A stretch of 63,983 nt of DNA, filler included, from an uncultured bacterium (GTDB taxonomy: Bacteria; CAYJRR01), in the NCBI GenBank assembly GCA_964372275.1. It is 3 parts of 3 records of this genome, joined end to end, with 100 filler letters (N's around TTAATTAATTAA, not from the genome) between each part and the next. Parts side by side here need not be neighbours in the genome. Positions count along the whole stretch, not along the records: positions 1 to 25,698 come from CAYJRR010000067.1; 2 more parts are not named here. One strand, 5' to 3'. A model generated the notes under the pieces. That model was given only the letters and a program-made list of their open reading frames with translations, was not told the DNA's origin and searched no databases. This document shows, in pieces, positions 1-10,013 of this stretch (position 1 is its first letter; every line of letters starts with the position of its first letter). The position numbers and the translations under genes are program-made.

Positions 1-66
1 GTATTTCTAAGAACTCAACAACACACATCAGAACACCATTCACAAATATATGAATATCCAACGCAC

Positions 67-216
67 CCTCTCGATCTCCATCTTGTCCAAGTACTGGGCG
101 CGCTGCTCCCGGACCGAGATGGCGTTCGTCCGCTCGAGAAGGCGGTCGGCCAAGGTCGACTTGCCGTGGTCGATGTGCGCGATGATGGAGAAGTTTCGGA
201 TGCGCTCGAGGGTCAC
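67..216 (-). CDS. lepA: Elongation factor 4 (LepA), N-terminal fragment; interrupted at 66/67 by AT-rich sequence
   Basis: GTG start, then [23 protein letters not shown]...[10 protein letters not shown]; homology stops before the expected ERGITIK. Confidence 0.93.
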
Positions 217-426
217 GGAGAGGGCTTGACGGGCCGCGCGGATAGTAGCGGGCGGGTCCCCCCGGGGCAATCGATTCGGAACCGACGCCACGGGACGGCG
301 CCGCCCCATCGGGGCGCCGGCGCCCCGCGGCGTCGCCGGACAAAGGCCCCACGGACCGGCCACTTGGACGCGGCATGCTCCGTGCTGCCTCGTCCCCTAG
401 GTCACGTCGCATCGGGGAGGGTCGCC

Positions 427-1014
427 ATGCATTCCATCCGGGTGTTCGTACGCCGCACGGCGCTGTCGGTGGTGGTCGCCCTCGCGTCGTCGACGGCGGC
501 CCTGGCCGAGCCCGAAACCCAGCACGCGCGGGAGTTCCGCGAGCGGCAGGAGGCTGGACTCCAGGTCGCCCGCCAGATCGTGGAGCTGCGGAACGACGCC
601 GCGCGCCTCGAGCGGTCGATGGCGACGGTGCGAAGGGTGGGCAACTGGACGATGGTCGTCGGGGCGACGCCGATTGCGCTGTGGGTCACCGGCGCCGCGT
701 GGGTCACCGGTCCGGCGGCTCCGGCGATCTACACCGCCGCGGCGGCGGTGGCCGTCATCGGCGTGGCGACCCGCGGCGTCGCCGCTTTCAACGACCACCG
801 CGCGCGGACGATGCAACGCACGGCGGACGACCTCGCCCGGCAGCTCCAGCTCACGTTCGGTCCGTCGACGTCCTCCGAGATGATGCGCCAGGCGACCGAC
901 GAAGCGTTCCTCGGGCTCGGGAACAACGCCGCCCGCGGCGCGTCGACGCAAACCTTCGAACGGAGACCGGCGAGGGCGATGCCCCCGCCCGCCCCCGTGG
1001 GGATGCCGCGCTGA
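427..1014 (+). CDS. Hypothetical secreted protein with a coiled coil and a hydrophobic helical hairpin
   Basis: ATG at 427, signal-peptide-like N-terminus (AALA|EP), two hydrophobic segments, host-like codon usage. Confidence 0.6.
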   Translation: MHSIRVFVRRTALSVVVALASSTAALAEPETQHAREFRERQEAGLQVARQIVELRNDAARLERSMATVRRVGNWTMVVGATPIALWVTGAAWVTGPAAPAIYTAAAAVAVIGVATRGVAAFNDHRARTMQRTADDLARQLQLTFGPSTSSEMMRQATDEAFLGLGNNAARGASTQTFERRPARAMPPPAPVGMPR

Positions 1015-1015
1015 C

Positions 1016-1372
1016 CTACCGGAAGAGGTAGACCGCGCCGCTGTCGAACGACCCGTTGTTCGTGGCGTCGCCGTCGAGGCCGGTGGCGTTCGAGTCCTCG
1101 TAGATCGCGCCACTGGCGATCAGGTCGCCGGAGACGGCGACGCTCAAGCCGAGGTGGTCGGTGGCGCCGGTGTTCGACGCCTTCAGGAACCCGGATTGCG
1201 ACCAGGTCGAGCCGGACCGGGTGAAGAGGTCGGCCGCCCCGGCGTCCCCCGCGGAACCGCTGGTGTCGTCGCCGCCGACCCCGACGGCGCTGGAGTCCTC
1301 GCCGTCGGCGCCGATCACGAGGCGATCCCCGGAGAGGGAAAGGGAGTGGCCGAACAGGTCGACGTCGTCGAT
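1016..1372 (-). pseudogene. C-terminal remnant of an FG-GAP/integrin-like repeat protein
   Basis: DLFGHSLSLSGDRLVIGA...LKASNTGATDHLGLSVAVSGD...DSGAVYLFR; no plausible N-terminus. Confidence 0.7.
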
Positions 1373-1556
1373 GGCGAGCGGCTTAGGAACGCCCCACGGC
1401 ACGCGCCCCCCCGCGAACAGGCCGCGAACAGCCCCAACACCCCGACGAGGGTGAAGAGCCCGGCGAGTGTCGGAACGCCACCTCCCCCATGCTACCGCCT
1501 TTCCGGCGTGGCGGTTCCGTTGGCCGGCCGATGGGCGTATCGTCGGCAAGGGCGCA

Positions 1557-3494
1557 ATGGAAGGGCGGACACTCGGACGCTACAAGCTGATCGAAGAGAT
1601 CGGGCAGGGTGGGATGGCCGTCGTCTATCGCGGCATGGACACCGCCTTGCAGCGCGAGGTGGCGGTCAAGATCCTCCACCCGCACCTGTCACGGAAGCCG
1701 GCCAACCGCCAGCGATTCGAGCGCGAGGCCCGGACGGTCGCCAAGCTGCGGCACGACAACATCGTCGAGATCTTCGACTACTCGGGAGGCGAAGAGGCGG
1801 CCGACGGCGGTGAGCGGCCGGCCGAAGACGCCTTCATCGTCACCGAATACATTCGTGGATCGACCCTCGCCGACTTCCTCGCGAAGGAGGCTCCGCTGCC
1901 GGCCGAGATCGGAGCGCTGATGACGGTCGAGATCTGCGATGCCCTCGCGCACGCGCACGACCTCGGGATCGTCCACCGCGACATCAAGCCGGAGAACGTG
2001 ATGATCCGGCAGGACGGGATGCTGAAGCTGATGGACTTCGGCATCGCGCGCGTCCAGGACGAGTCGGGCGGGACGATGACCGGCGCGCTCATGGGCTCGC
2101 CGCAGTACATGAGCCCCGAGCAGTTTGCGACCGGCGAGCTCGACCACCGCAGCGACCTCTTTTCGCTCGGCGTGCTCCTGTATCGCCTGGTCACCGGACG
2201 GATGCCGTTCGAAGGGGCGACCCCGCAGGTGCTGATGCGCGCCATCAGCGAGGAGGAGCCGGTCGACGCCGCCCACGTCAACCCGCTCGTGCCCCGCGCC
2301 ATCGCCGCCGCCTGCCGCCGCGCGCTGGCCAAGGCGCCCGCCGAGCGACACGACGGCGTTCGCGCGCTGGCGGCCGATCTGGTGGACGGCCTCGCCGAGG
2401 CGGCGATGGGGGCACCGCGCGAGGAGCTGCGCGCCTACTTCGCCGACCCGGCCGGCTACGCGCTGGCGCTCCGCGGACGACTGATCGAACGATACGCGCG
2501 GATCGGCCACGAACGCGCGCGGAAGTTCGACACCGCCGGTGCGATGGAGATGTGGAGCCGCGTCCTCGAGCTCGACCCGGGCAACGCCGAGGTGCGCGCC
2601 CAGCTCGACCGGATCGGAGGCCGACGCCGGATGCGGCGACTCGCGGTCCGCGCGCTCGCCGCCGCCGCAACCCTCGCCGCCGTCGGCGTGGCCGGGGCGC
2701 AGGGATGGCGCTGGGTGCGGGAGCGCCGCGAAAACGCCGCCGCCGGAACGGCCCGCGACTCGTCGCCGGCGACGGCGTCGCTCCCCGACGCGGCCGCGGC
2801 CGCGGCCGCGGTCGCGACCCCGACCTCGGGCTCGGCCGCGCCCACGACCCCGGACGCCGCCGAAACCGCCGCCGCGACCGACGCCGCGACGCCGAACGTC
2901 GCGCCGACGCCTCGCCGATCCCCGGGCGCCCGACGGCTGGCGATGCTCCCGACGCCGCGCCTTCCCGAAGGCACCGGAGCGCTCAACATCGGACTGGAGG
3001 AGTCGGCGACGATCACCGTCGACGGCGCGACCGCCTGTACCTTTCTCGACACGGACGGCCCCGCCCAACTCGGCGACTGCAACACCTTCGACACCCGCCA
3101 CCGCGACATCGTGTTGTCCCCCGGAACGCACCGGATCCGGATCGCCGCCGCGGCGAACCTGGGCTGCCAGCCGTTGGAGGGGACGGTCGAGATCCGCGAG
3201 GGGGGCCGCACCAGCCGCCTCGACGTCGGCGGGAGCAGCCTGTCCGGTGACCAGCTCTACCTGCGCGGATGTCCGACCTTCTTCACCGTCGAGGTGCCGA
3301 TCCCCGAGCCGGCGGCCGTCTGGATCGACGACCGCGAGGTCGGCAAGACCGGCGAAGTCCTCTCCACCTCGTCCGGCCCGCACATCCTCAAGGTGGAGCA
3401 CGCCACCTACGGCCGCGTGGTCCGCCACGTCGATCTCAAGTCCGCGAGTTCCCTCGACCCCGTCGTGCTCCGCCTTCCGATCACCACCCCGTAA
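1557..3494 (+). CDS. Membrane Ser/Thr protein kinase with TPR-like segment, TM helix and C-terminal PEGA-like domains
   Basis: IGQGGMAVVY, VAVK, HRDIKPEN, DFG, GSPQYMSPE motifs; TM after RRRMRR. Confidence 0.95.
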   Translation: MEGRTLGRYKLIEEIGQGGMAVVYRGMDTALQREVAVKILHPHLSRKPANRQRFEREARTVAKLRHDNIVEIFDYSGGEEAADGGERPAEDAFIVTEYIRGSTLADFLAKEAPLPAEIGALMTVEICDALAHAHDLGIVHRDIKPENVMIRQDGMLKLMDFGIARVQDESGGTMTGALMGSPQYMSPEQFATGELDHRSDLFSLGVLLYRLVTGRMPFEGATPQVLMRAISEEEPVDAAHVNPLVPRAIAAACRRALAKAPAERHDGVRALAADLVDGLAEAAMGAPREELRAYFADPAGYALALRGRLIERYARIGHERARKFDTAGAMEMWSRVLELDPGNAEVRAQLDRIGGRRRMRRLAVRALAAAATLAAVGVAGAQGWRWVRERRENAAAGTARDSSPATASLPDAAAAAAAVATPTSGSAAPTTPDAAETAAATDAATPNVAPTPRRSPGARRLAMLPTPRLPEGTGALNIGLEESATITVDGATACTFLDTDGPAQLGDCNTFDTRHRDIVLSPGTHRIRIAAAANLGCQPLEGTVEIREGGRTSRLDVGGSSLSGDQLYLRGCPTFFTVEVPIPEPAAVWIDDREVGKTGEVLSTSSGPHILKVEHATYGRVVRHVDLKSASSLDPVVLRLPITTP

Positions 3495-3513
3495 CGCGTA
3501 CAATCGGGGGTCG

Positions 3514-5664
3514 ATGCGGCTCGTCCGGGGTGTCCTCCTCCTCTGCGCCGTCCTCCTCGTCCGCCCCACCCACGCGCAGACCCCGACCCCCGACGACCCC
3601 TACGAAGACCTCGACTGGCCGGAGGATCCGTCTCCTTCTCCGTCTCCGTCTCCTTCTCCGNNNNNNNNNNNNNNNNNNNNNNNNNNNNNNNNNNNNNNNN
3701 NNNNNNNNCCGGCTCCCTCTCCCTCCCCCGATTCCGACGTCGAGTGGCCCGAACCCGAACCCACATCCGCACCCGTATCCGCACCCGCACCCGCACCCGC
3801 GCCCGAACCCGTCCCCGTACCCGCCGCCGACCCCGCACCCGTACCGGCCCTCCCCCCTGAATCCCCCCCCCGCCCCCTGCTCCCCAACCCCGCCGGTCCC
3901 GCCGGTCTCTACGGCCTCCCCGGCGCCCTCCGCGTCGTCTCCGCGAGCCCTGCCGACCACGGCTTCTCGCAGTGGGTGGGCGGCGGCGAATGGTTCGCGA
4001 TCCCCGGTTTCCTCACGCCGAAGAAGAAGCATTTCCGCACCGGCGCCACCTTCGCGATCACCCTGGGGATCCTCCAGGGGATCGTGCTCTCGGTGCAGAC
4101 GTTCGGCGTCACCAACCACGACACCTCGACCAATCCCTACTTCATCTCCGCGATGGGGGACGTCGACGCGCAGCTGCGCCTCTCGCACGCCGTCGTCGAG
4201 AGCGGGCCGCTGCGGATCTCGACCGGGGTGCGCGGCGGCGCGCGACTCCTGCAAGGAACCCAGGCGAATCCGACCCCCCAGGGACCGGAGTTCGGGCCGC
4301 GCCTGTTCGCGACGACCAGCCCCTACGCGCGCGGATTGATCACGATCGAGGCGGAGAGCGTGCGGATGTCGCTCGACGCCGGCTTCCTGAAGGACAACTC
4401 GCCCGAGGTCCTCGACGTTCCGTTCGAGCCGAGCTACGGGCAGCGCTACGCCTACGGGGTGAGCGACTACGACGCCTTCCTGTTCGGAGCCGCGATCGAC
4501 CTCCCCGCCCATCACGTCGCCCCCTTCGTCGAGATCAACGCGCGTGGCGACATCGGCGCTCCGGGCGAGCCGGCGGTCGTCGGGACGGCGGGTTTCAAGT
4601 TCGCCACGCCGCGCCGCCATCTCGCCCTCACCCTCGCCGGGGACGTCGGTCTTCTCGGCCGGAAGATCGAAGAGGGGCGCCTGCGCGTTCCGGAGTGGAA
4701 CGTGGTGGGGAGCGTAAGCGTCAGCATCGGCGCGATGCGCGCCCGCGCGCCGCGCCCTCCGCCGCCGCCGCGCGTCTACAACGCCGGCACCTCCCCCTCG
4801 ACCGGAAAGCTGCGCGGGCGGGTGGTCGAGGCGTCGACCCGGACGGCGATCGGGCAGGCGAAGCTCGTCCTCGAGTCGGGCCAGGAGCTCTATTCCGACG
4901 CGTCCGGCAACTTCCAGTTCGTCGACCTGCCGCACGGCCCGAAACGGATCCTGGTGACCCACCCCTACTACGAGGAGAAGCAGGGGGTCGCCTTCGTCAC
5001 CGCCGGCCAGGTGACCTCGCTGACGTTGCAGCTGGTGCCGAACGGCACCCTTCCGGCCGCCGACGCCTCGCCCGCCCCGCCGGCGGTCGTCCCCACACCG
5101 GCCCCATCCCCGGCGCCTGCAACCGAGTCGAAGCCGGTGATCGTGGCCGCCGCCGCTCCGGTCCCGACCGGAAAGCTGCGCGGCCGGATCCTCGACGCCG
5201 CCAGCCGCCAGCCGATCGCGCAGGCGAAGTTGGTGATGGAGACGGGCGAGGTGATGTGGACCGACGCCAAGGGGGCGTTCGAGTTCCCGACGCTTCCGCA
5301 CGGTCCGAAGCGGATCAAGGTCACGCACCCGTCGTACGCCGAAAAACAGGGGCTGACCTTCATCACCGCCGGCCAGGCGACGTCGCTGAACCTCCAGCTC
5401 ACCGGCTTGGGCACGCTCCACGGCCGCGTCGTCACCTTCACCGGTCGTCCGCTCGCCGGCGCGAAGATCCACGCCGAAGCGGGCGGAAAGAGCGCCGAGA
5501 CGACCACCGACGACAAGGGGATGTACGAGCTGCCGCTCGCGACCGGCGACTTCCGTCTCGCCATCACGGCCGACGGCTACCAGGTGCAGTACCCGACCGG
5601 ATCGCTCAAACCGGGCGACCGAACCCAGCTCGACTTCATGCTCGAGGCCGTCGAAAAACCGTAG
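3514..5664 (+). CDS. Secreted/outer-membrane protein: Pro-rich linker, beta-strand-rich domain, three carboxypeptidase-regulatory-like repeats (spans N gap 3661-3708)
   Basis: Signal peptide MRLVRGVLLL...HAQ; repeated TGKLRGR...AIAQAKL...LPHGPKRI units. Confidence 0.75.
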   Translation: MRLVRGVLLLCAVLLVRPTHAQTPTPDDPYEDLDWPEDPSPSPSPSPSPXXXXXXXXXXXXXXXXPAPSPSPDSDVEWPEPEPTSAPVSAPAPAPAPEPVPVPAADPAPVPALPPESPPRPLLPNPAGPAGLYGLPGALRVVSASPADHGFSQWVGGGEWFAIPGFLTPKKKHFRTGATFAITLGILQGIVLSVQTFGVTNHDTSTNPYFISAMGDVDAQLRLSHAVVESGPLRISTGVRGGARLLQGTQANPTPQGPEFGPRLFATTSPYARGLITIEAESVRMSLDAGFLKDNSPEVLDVPFEPSYGQRYAYGVSDYDAFLFGAAIDLPAHHVAPFVEINARGDIGAPGEPAVVGTAGFKFATPRRHLALTLAGDVGLLGRKIEEGRLRVPEWNVVGSVSVSIGAMRARAPRPPPPPRVYNAGTSPSTGKLRGRVVEASTRTAIGQAKLVLESGQELYSDASGNFQFVDLPHGPKRILVTHPYYEEKQGVAFVTAGQVTSLTLQLVPNGTLPAADASPAPPAVVPTPAPSPAPATESKPVIVAAAAPVPTGKLRGRILDAASRQPIAQAKLVMETGEVMWTDAKGAFEFPTLPHGPKRIKVTHPSYAEKQGLTFITAGQATSLNLQLTGLGTLHGRVVTFTGRPLAGAKIHAEAGGKSAETTTDDKGMYELPLATGDFRLAITADGYQVQYPTGSLKPGDRTQLDFMLEAVEKP

Positions 5665-5686
5665 CGGGCCGATGGAACGATCGGGC

Positions 5687-6196
5687 ATGAAACAGGAGAT
5701 CTACGTCCTCTCGGCCATCCTCGCCTCGATCCACGTACTCAACGAGGACCTCGGCCTGTTCGCCGGCTCCGACCGCCCGGGTGAATTCGACGCACGAACC
5801 CAGCGTGCGAGGGGTCCCGCGACCGACTGGTGCTTCGACATGCTGGACGTCGCCGGGTGGGAGGTGGGCGAGCTCGAGGACCTCACCGACGCGATCAGCG
5901 CCGACGTCCTCGAACGGGCCCGCGGACTGCTCGTCACGCTCGGTCCGAACGGTGCGGAGGCCTTCTACCTGAGTGCCTGCGTCCTCTCCATCGACGAATT
6001 CTGCGCGCGTGCGGAGGGTTCGGCGATCGAGTGTGCCGGCAGTCCGATCGAAGCGTTGCGGAATCGCCTCGTGGACTCCCTCCGTCACGACCACGGCGTC
6101 GACCTGTCCTCGGCGATGGCGTCACACGACGCGATTCTGACGCCGGCGCGAGAGCTCGTCCGCGCGTGGCGAGTCCGGAAATCCAGTCCCCTCTAG
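5687..6196 (+). CDS. Hypothetical protein
   Basis: ORF with globular composition and host-like codon usage; start at 5672 or 5687. Confidence 0.55.
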   Translation: MKQEIYVLSAILASIHVLNEDLGLFAGSDRPGEFDARTQRARGPATDWCFDMLDVAGWEVGELEDLTDAISADVLERARGLLVTLGPNGAEAFYLSACVLSIDEFCARAEGSAIECAGSPIEALRNRLVDSLRHDHGVDLSSAMASHDAILTPARELVRAWRVRKSSPL

Positions 6197-6207
6197 GAGC
6201 GCCCGGC

Positions 6208-7164
6208 CTACGTCCACCGAAACCACGGCCGCTTCGGTTCCGGGCCGAGAACACCGCGCAGCAGCGCCCCCGTTTTCCAATCGCGCGCGATGACCCGGCC
6301 ATCCGGCAATGCGACCGCCTCGATCGGCTGGCCGTCCATCCCGCAGCGGGACATCGTCCGGAGGCTGGAGGGATGAAGCGCGACGACGTCGTTCGAAAAG
6401 GGCCGCGCCACCACGCACATCGTCTCCGCGGAGTCGAACCAGAACCGGCCGATGAACATGGCCGTCCCGGCAGCCGCGGGCTGGAGTCGGCTGGAGGAGA
6501 GAGCCTTCCAGGAGCCGGGTCGAACCTTGACCAGCCGGTCGTAGTCGGTGGCCCAGAGCTCGTCGGCGGTTCGTCGGAAGAAGATCTGCGGATTCCCTCC
6601 CTTGCCGGAGAGCGAAACGAATCCCCGCCGGGTGCGCGTCACCGGGTCGTGCAGCACCAGCCGTGAATCACGCTGGATCGAGACGAGCAGCAGCGTGTCG
6701 CCCGGGATCTCGGCCACGTCGACGATGCCCTGATAGCCCTTGTCGTACTGTTCGTCGTACCAGTCGAAGGGCTGCACCTCGACGCGTCGCCGCTCGGGCT
6801 CGATGCGGATCAGCGCATCATCCGACCACGACGGACGCTTGCAGTAGGCGGTGTAGTGCTTCGAGACGTTCATCCAAGCCGACGGTTCACCGGTCAGCTC
6901 GGTGCGATCGGCCTCCACGACGGCCCGGGCAACCGGTTCATCGACCGCGTGGAAGCGATGGACGGTGATCTCGACGCGCGAACCGTCGTGATGATGTACG
7001 ACCGCGAAGTGGTCGTCGGCGCCGGCGTGCACGGAGAGGTATTGCGCATCGCTCACCGTGACGGTGCGTTCGCGCTCGTCACGCAGGTCGAACGTCCAGA
7101 GCCCTCCCTTGTTCACCCACCCGAGGCTCGAGATCACGATCCGCGCGGACAGGTCCAGGAGCAC
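6208..7164 (-). CDS. Hypothetical beta-propeller-like protein
   Basis: Beta-rich repeats; C-terminal KRPWFRWT; GTG start is inferred. Confidence 0.65.
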   Translation of the reverse strand: MLLDLSARIVISSLGWVNKGGLWTFDLRDERERTVTVSDAQYLSVHAGADDHFAVVHHHDGSRVEITVHRFHAVDEPVARAVVEADRTELTGEPSAWMNVSKHYTAYCKRPSWSDDALIRIEPERRRVEVQPFDWYDEQYDKGYQGIVDVAEIPGDTLLLVSIQRDSRLVLHDPVTRTRRGFVSLSGKGGNPQIFFRRTADELWATDYDRLVKVRPGSWKALSSSRLQPAAAGTAMFIGRFWFDSAETMCVVARPFSNDVVALHPSSLRTMSRCGMDGQPIEAVALPDGRVIARDWKTGALLRGVLGPEPKRPWFRWT

Positions 7165-7313
7165 GACCGACCCGACCCTAGACGTACGAGCGTCGGGTTG
7201 GACAGCGAATTTCCGGGAGGACGACCGGGCCGCGGCATCCGCGGCGGCCGGGCGGCCGTATCCCGGGTGGGCCGCGAAATCCGCTACGATGCGGCACCGG
7301 AAGGGATCCTCCG

Positions 7314-7919
7314 ATGACGCTCGCCTCGACGATCCTGCTCGCCGCGACCACGCTCGCCGCCGCCCCCGGCAAGGGGGGCCCGGTGAGACCCACCCCCGCC
7401 ACCTCGACACAGGAGAACGCCGTGACCACGCCCACGACCTCGATCGCGACCCTCGCCGGCGGCTGCTTCTGGGGGGTCGAGGAGCTGATCCGAAAGCTCC
7501 CCGGCGTGGTCGACACCGACGTCGGGTACACCGGCGGGGAGGTGACGAACGCCACCTACGACAAGGTGAAAAAGGGCTCGACCGGCCACGCCGAGGCGGT
7601 GCAGATCGTCTTCGATCCGGCGACGATCTCCTACGAGGAGATCCTGCGCTTCTTCTTCCGGCTGCACGACCCGACCACCCGGAACCGCCAGGGGAACGAC
7701 GTCGGGACCCAGTACCGCTCGGCGATCTTCGTGCACGACGACCGGCAGCGGGCGGTCGCCGAGCGCGTCAAGGCGGAGGTCGACCGGTCGGGGAAGTGGA
7801 AGGCCCCGGTCGTCACCGAGATCGTGTCGGCGGGCCCGTTCTGGAAGGCGGAGGAGTACCACCAGGACTACTTGCAGCGGTATCCGGACGGGTACACCTG
7901 CCACTGGGTCCGGGACTGA
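7314..7919 (+). CDS. msrA: Peptide-methionine (S)-S-oxide reductase
   Basis: [36 protein letters not shown] motifs; signal-like N-terminus. Confidence 0.97.
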   Translation: MTLASTILLAATTLAAAPGKGGPVRPTPATSTQENAVTTPTTSIATLAGGCFWGVEELIRKLPGVVDTDVGYTGGEVTNATYDKVKKGSTGHAEAVQIVFDPATISYEEILRFFFRLHDPTTRNRQGNDVGTQYRSAIFVHDDRQRAVAERVKAEVDRSGKWKAPVVTEIVSAGPFWKAEEYHQDYLQRYPDGYTCHWVRD

Positions 7920-7920
7920 G

Positions 7921-8027
7921 GAATGTGAGAATGGAAAATGGAGAATGGAAAACCGGTCAATGGCCGGAACCGAACGTCCGGTTTTCCATTTGCCGGTTTT
8001 CCATTTTCAATTTTCCATTTTCAGTTT
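7921..8027. repeat. Palindromic heptad-repeat element, copy A: (GAAAATG)n...(CATTTTC)n
   Basis: GAGAATGGAAAATGGAGAATGGAAAACCGG...CCGGTTTTCCATTTTCAATTTTCCATTTTCAG; AT-rich in a GC-rich host. Confidence 0.9.
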
Positions 8028-10001
8028 CTGGCGCCCATCTCGCACGGATCGTAAGGGCTCCACCGAGACGAGCCTCCGCACCGCCGCCGCGATCCCTGCC
8101 GCGTCGATCCCGCATTCCGCGCGCAGCCGCGCGGGGCTGCCGTGCGGAAGGAACTCGTCCGGCAGACCCAGCCGCGCCATCCTCGCCGGAACCTGCCCGC
8201 GGTCCTGCAACGCCTCCAGTACGGCGCTTCCGAAACCGCCGAGGCGGACGTTCTCCTCGACGGTGACGAAACCGGACGGACAGGCGGCGACTCGCGCGAG
8301 CAGCTCGGCGTCGAGCGGCTTGGCGTAGCGCGCGTCGGCGACGCACGCCTCGATCCCGTCGGCGGCGAGGAGCCGCGCCGCGGCGACCGCCTCGACGACC
8401 GAGCTTCCGATCGCGGCGATCCCGACGTCGGCTTCTTGCGGATCGCCGGCGACGATCTCGCCCCTCCCGACCGGCAACGGCTCGATCACCGCGTCGAGCG
8501 CGCACCCGACCGCCTCGCCGCGCGGATAGCGGATCGCGAAGGGGCCCCCGTGCTCCAGCCCGGTCCTCAGCAGGCGCCGGAGCTCGTTCTAGTCGCGCGG
8601 GGCGGCCACCACCAGGTTGGGACAGGCGCGCAGCCACGACAGGTCGCCCCACCCGTGGTGCGTCGGCCCGTCGGCCCCGGCGATCCCGCCGCGGTCGAGG
8701 CAGAACAGCACGGGCAGGTTCTGGAGCGCCACGTCGTGCACGCACTGGTCGAACGCGCGCTGCAGGAACGTGGAGTAGATCGCGACGACCGGACGCCTCC
8801 CCTCGCAGGCCAACCCCGCGGCGAAGGTGACGGCGTGTTGCTCGGCGATCCCGACGTCGTAGAAGCGATCGGGGAACTCGCGCGCGAAGCGGGTGAGTCC
8901 GGTGCCGCTCGGCATCCCGGCGGTGATCGCCACCACGCGGGGATCCTGCGCCGCGAGGAGGGCAAGCGCATCGCCGAACGCCTGGGTGTAGGTGATCGGT
9001 CCCGACGAGCGGCCGGAAGCCTGCCGCCCGGTCGCGAGGTCGAACGGGGTCACGCCGTGCATCGCCTCGGCGTGCGCCTCCGCCGGTTCGTACCCCTTTC
9101 CCTTCACCGTCAGGGCGTGGACGAGCACCGGACGGTCGACGACGCCGCGCGCGAGGCGAAGCGTCTCGACCACCTTCTCGACGTCGTGCCCGTCGATCGG
9201 GCCGACGTAGTCGAACCCCAGCGCCTCGAACAGCACCCCGGGGGTGACCAGGCTCTTCAGCCGCTCGTCGAGACGCCGCGCGACGGCGAGCATGTTCTCG
9301 CCGCCGGGAAGGTGGTTCAGCACCGCCTTCACGTCGCGCTTCAGGGCGTTGTAGACCTGCCCGGACAGCCGCCGCCCCAGGAACTCCTTCAATGCGCCGA
9401 CCGCCGGGGCGATCGACATCCCGTTGTCGTTGAGCAGAACGACCAGGTTGCGCGGAAGCGATCCCGCGTGGTTCATCGCTTCGAAGGCCATCCCGGTGGC
9501 GATCGACGCATCGCCGACGATCGCCAGCACCTTGTGCGGCTCTCCTCGCGCGTGGAGCGCCTCCCGGATTCCGAGCGCGGCGCTCACCGCGGTGCCGGCG
9601 TGGCCGGCGCCGAAGACGTCGTATTGGCTCTCGGCGCGGCGCAAGAAGCCGCTGATCCCGCCGTCTTTGCGGATCGTCGGCAGCCGATCGCGCCGCCCGG
9701 TCAGGACTTTGTGGCCGTAGGCCTGGTGCCCGACGTCCCAGACGATCCGGTCGAGCGGCGCCTGGAAGACGTAGTGCGCCGCGACCGTCAGCTCCACCGC
9801 CCCGAGCGAGGAGCCGAGGTGCCCACCGGTGGCGGAGACGACCCGCAGCAGTTCCTGACGCAGCTCGTGGCAGATCGGACGCAGCGCCTCGACCGGCAGC
9901 GCGCGCAGGTCCTTCGGCTCGCGAATCGAGTCGAGAAGCGGAGTTGCGGGCGGCGCGTCCGCCCCGACCCGGCCCCCCGCGCGTTCGTCGATCGTTTCCA
10001 C
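8007..10001 (-). CDS. dxs: 1-deoxy-D-xylulose-5-phosphate synthase, with in-frame TAG at 8589-8591
   Basis: GGHLGSSLGAVEL, WDVGHQAYGHK, LNDNGMSI, DVGIAEQHA; APRD*NELRRLL continues in frame into the C-terminal domain (ARYAKPLD, TVEEN). Confidence 0.95.
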
Positions 10002-10013
10002 CGGGCCCTCTCT

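Noticed and set aside
3628..3850. CCGTCT/CCCGCA hexamer tandem repeats
   Set aside because: They encode a Pro-Ser/Pro-Ala linker within a CDS; ordinary low complexity that explains the N gap.
7921..8027. Short repeat arrays as a possible CRISPR
   Set aside because: Units are 7-9 bp with no unique spacers, and there are no cas genes in the window.
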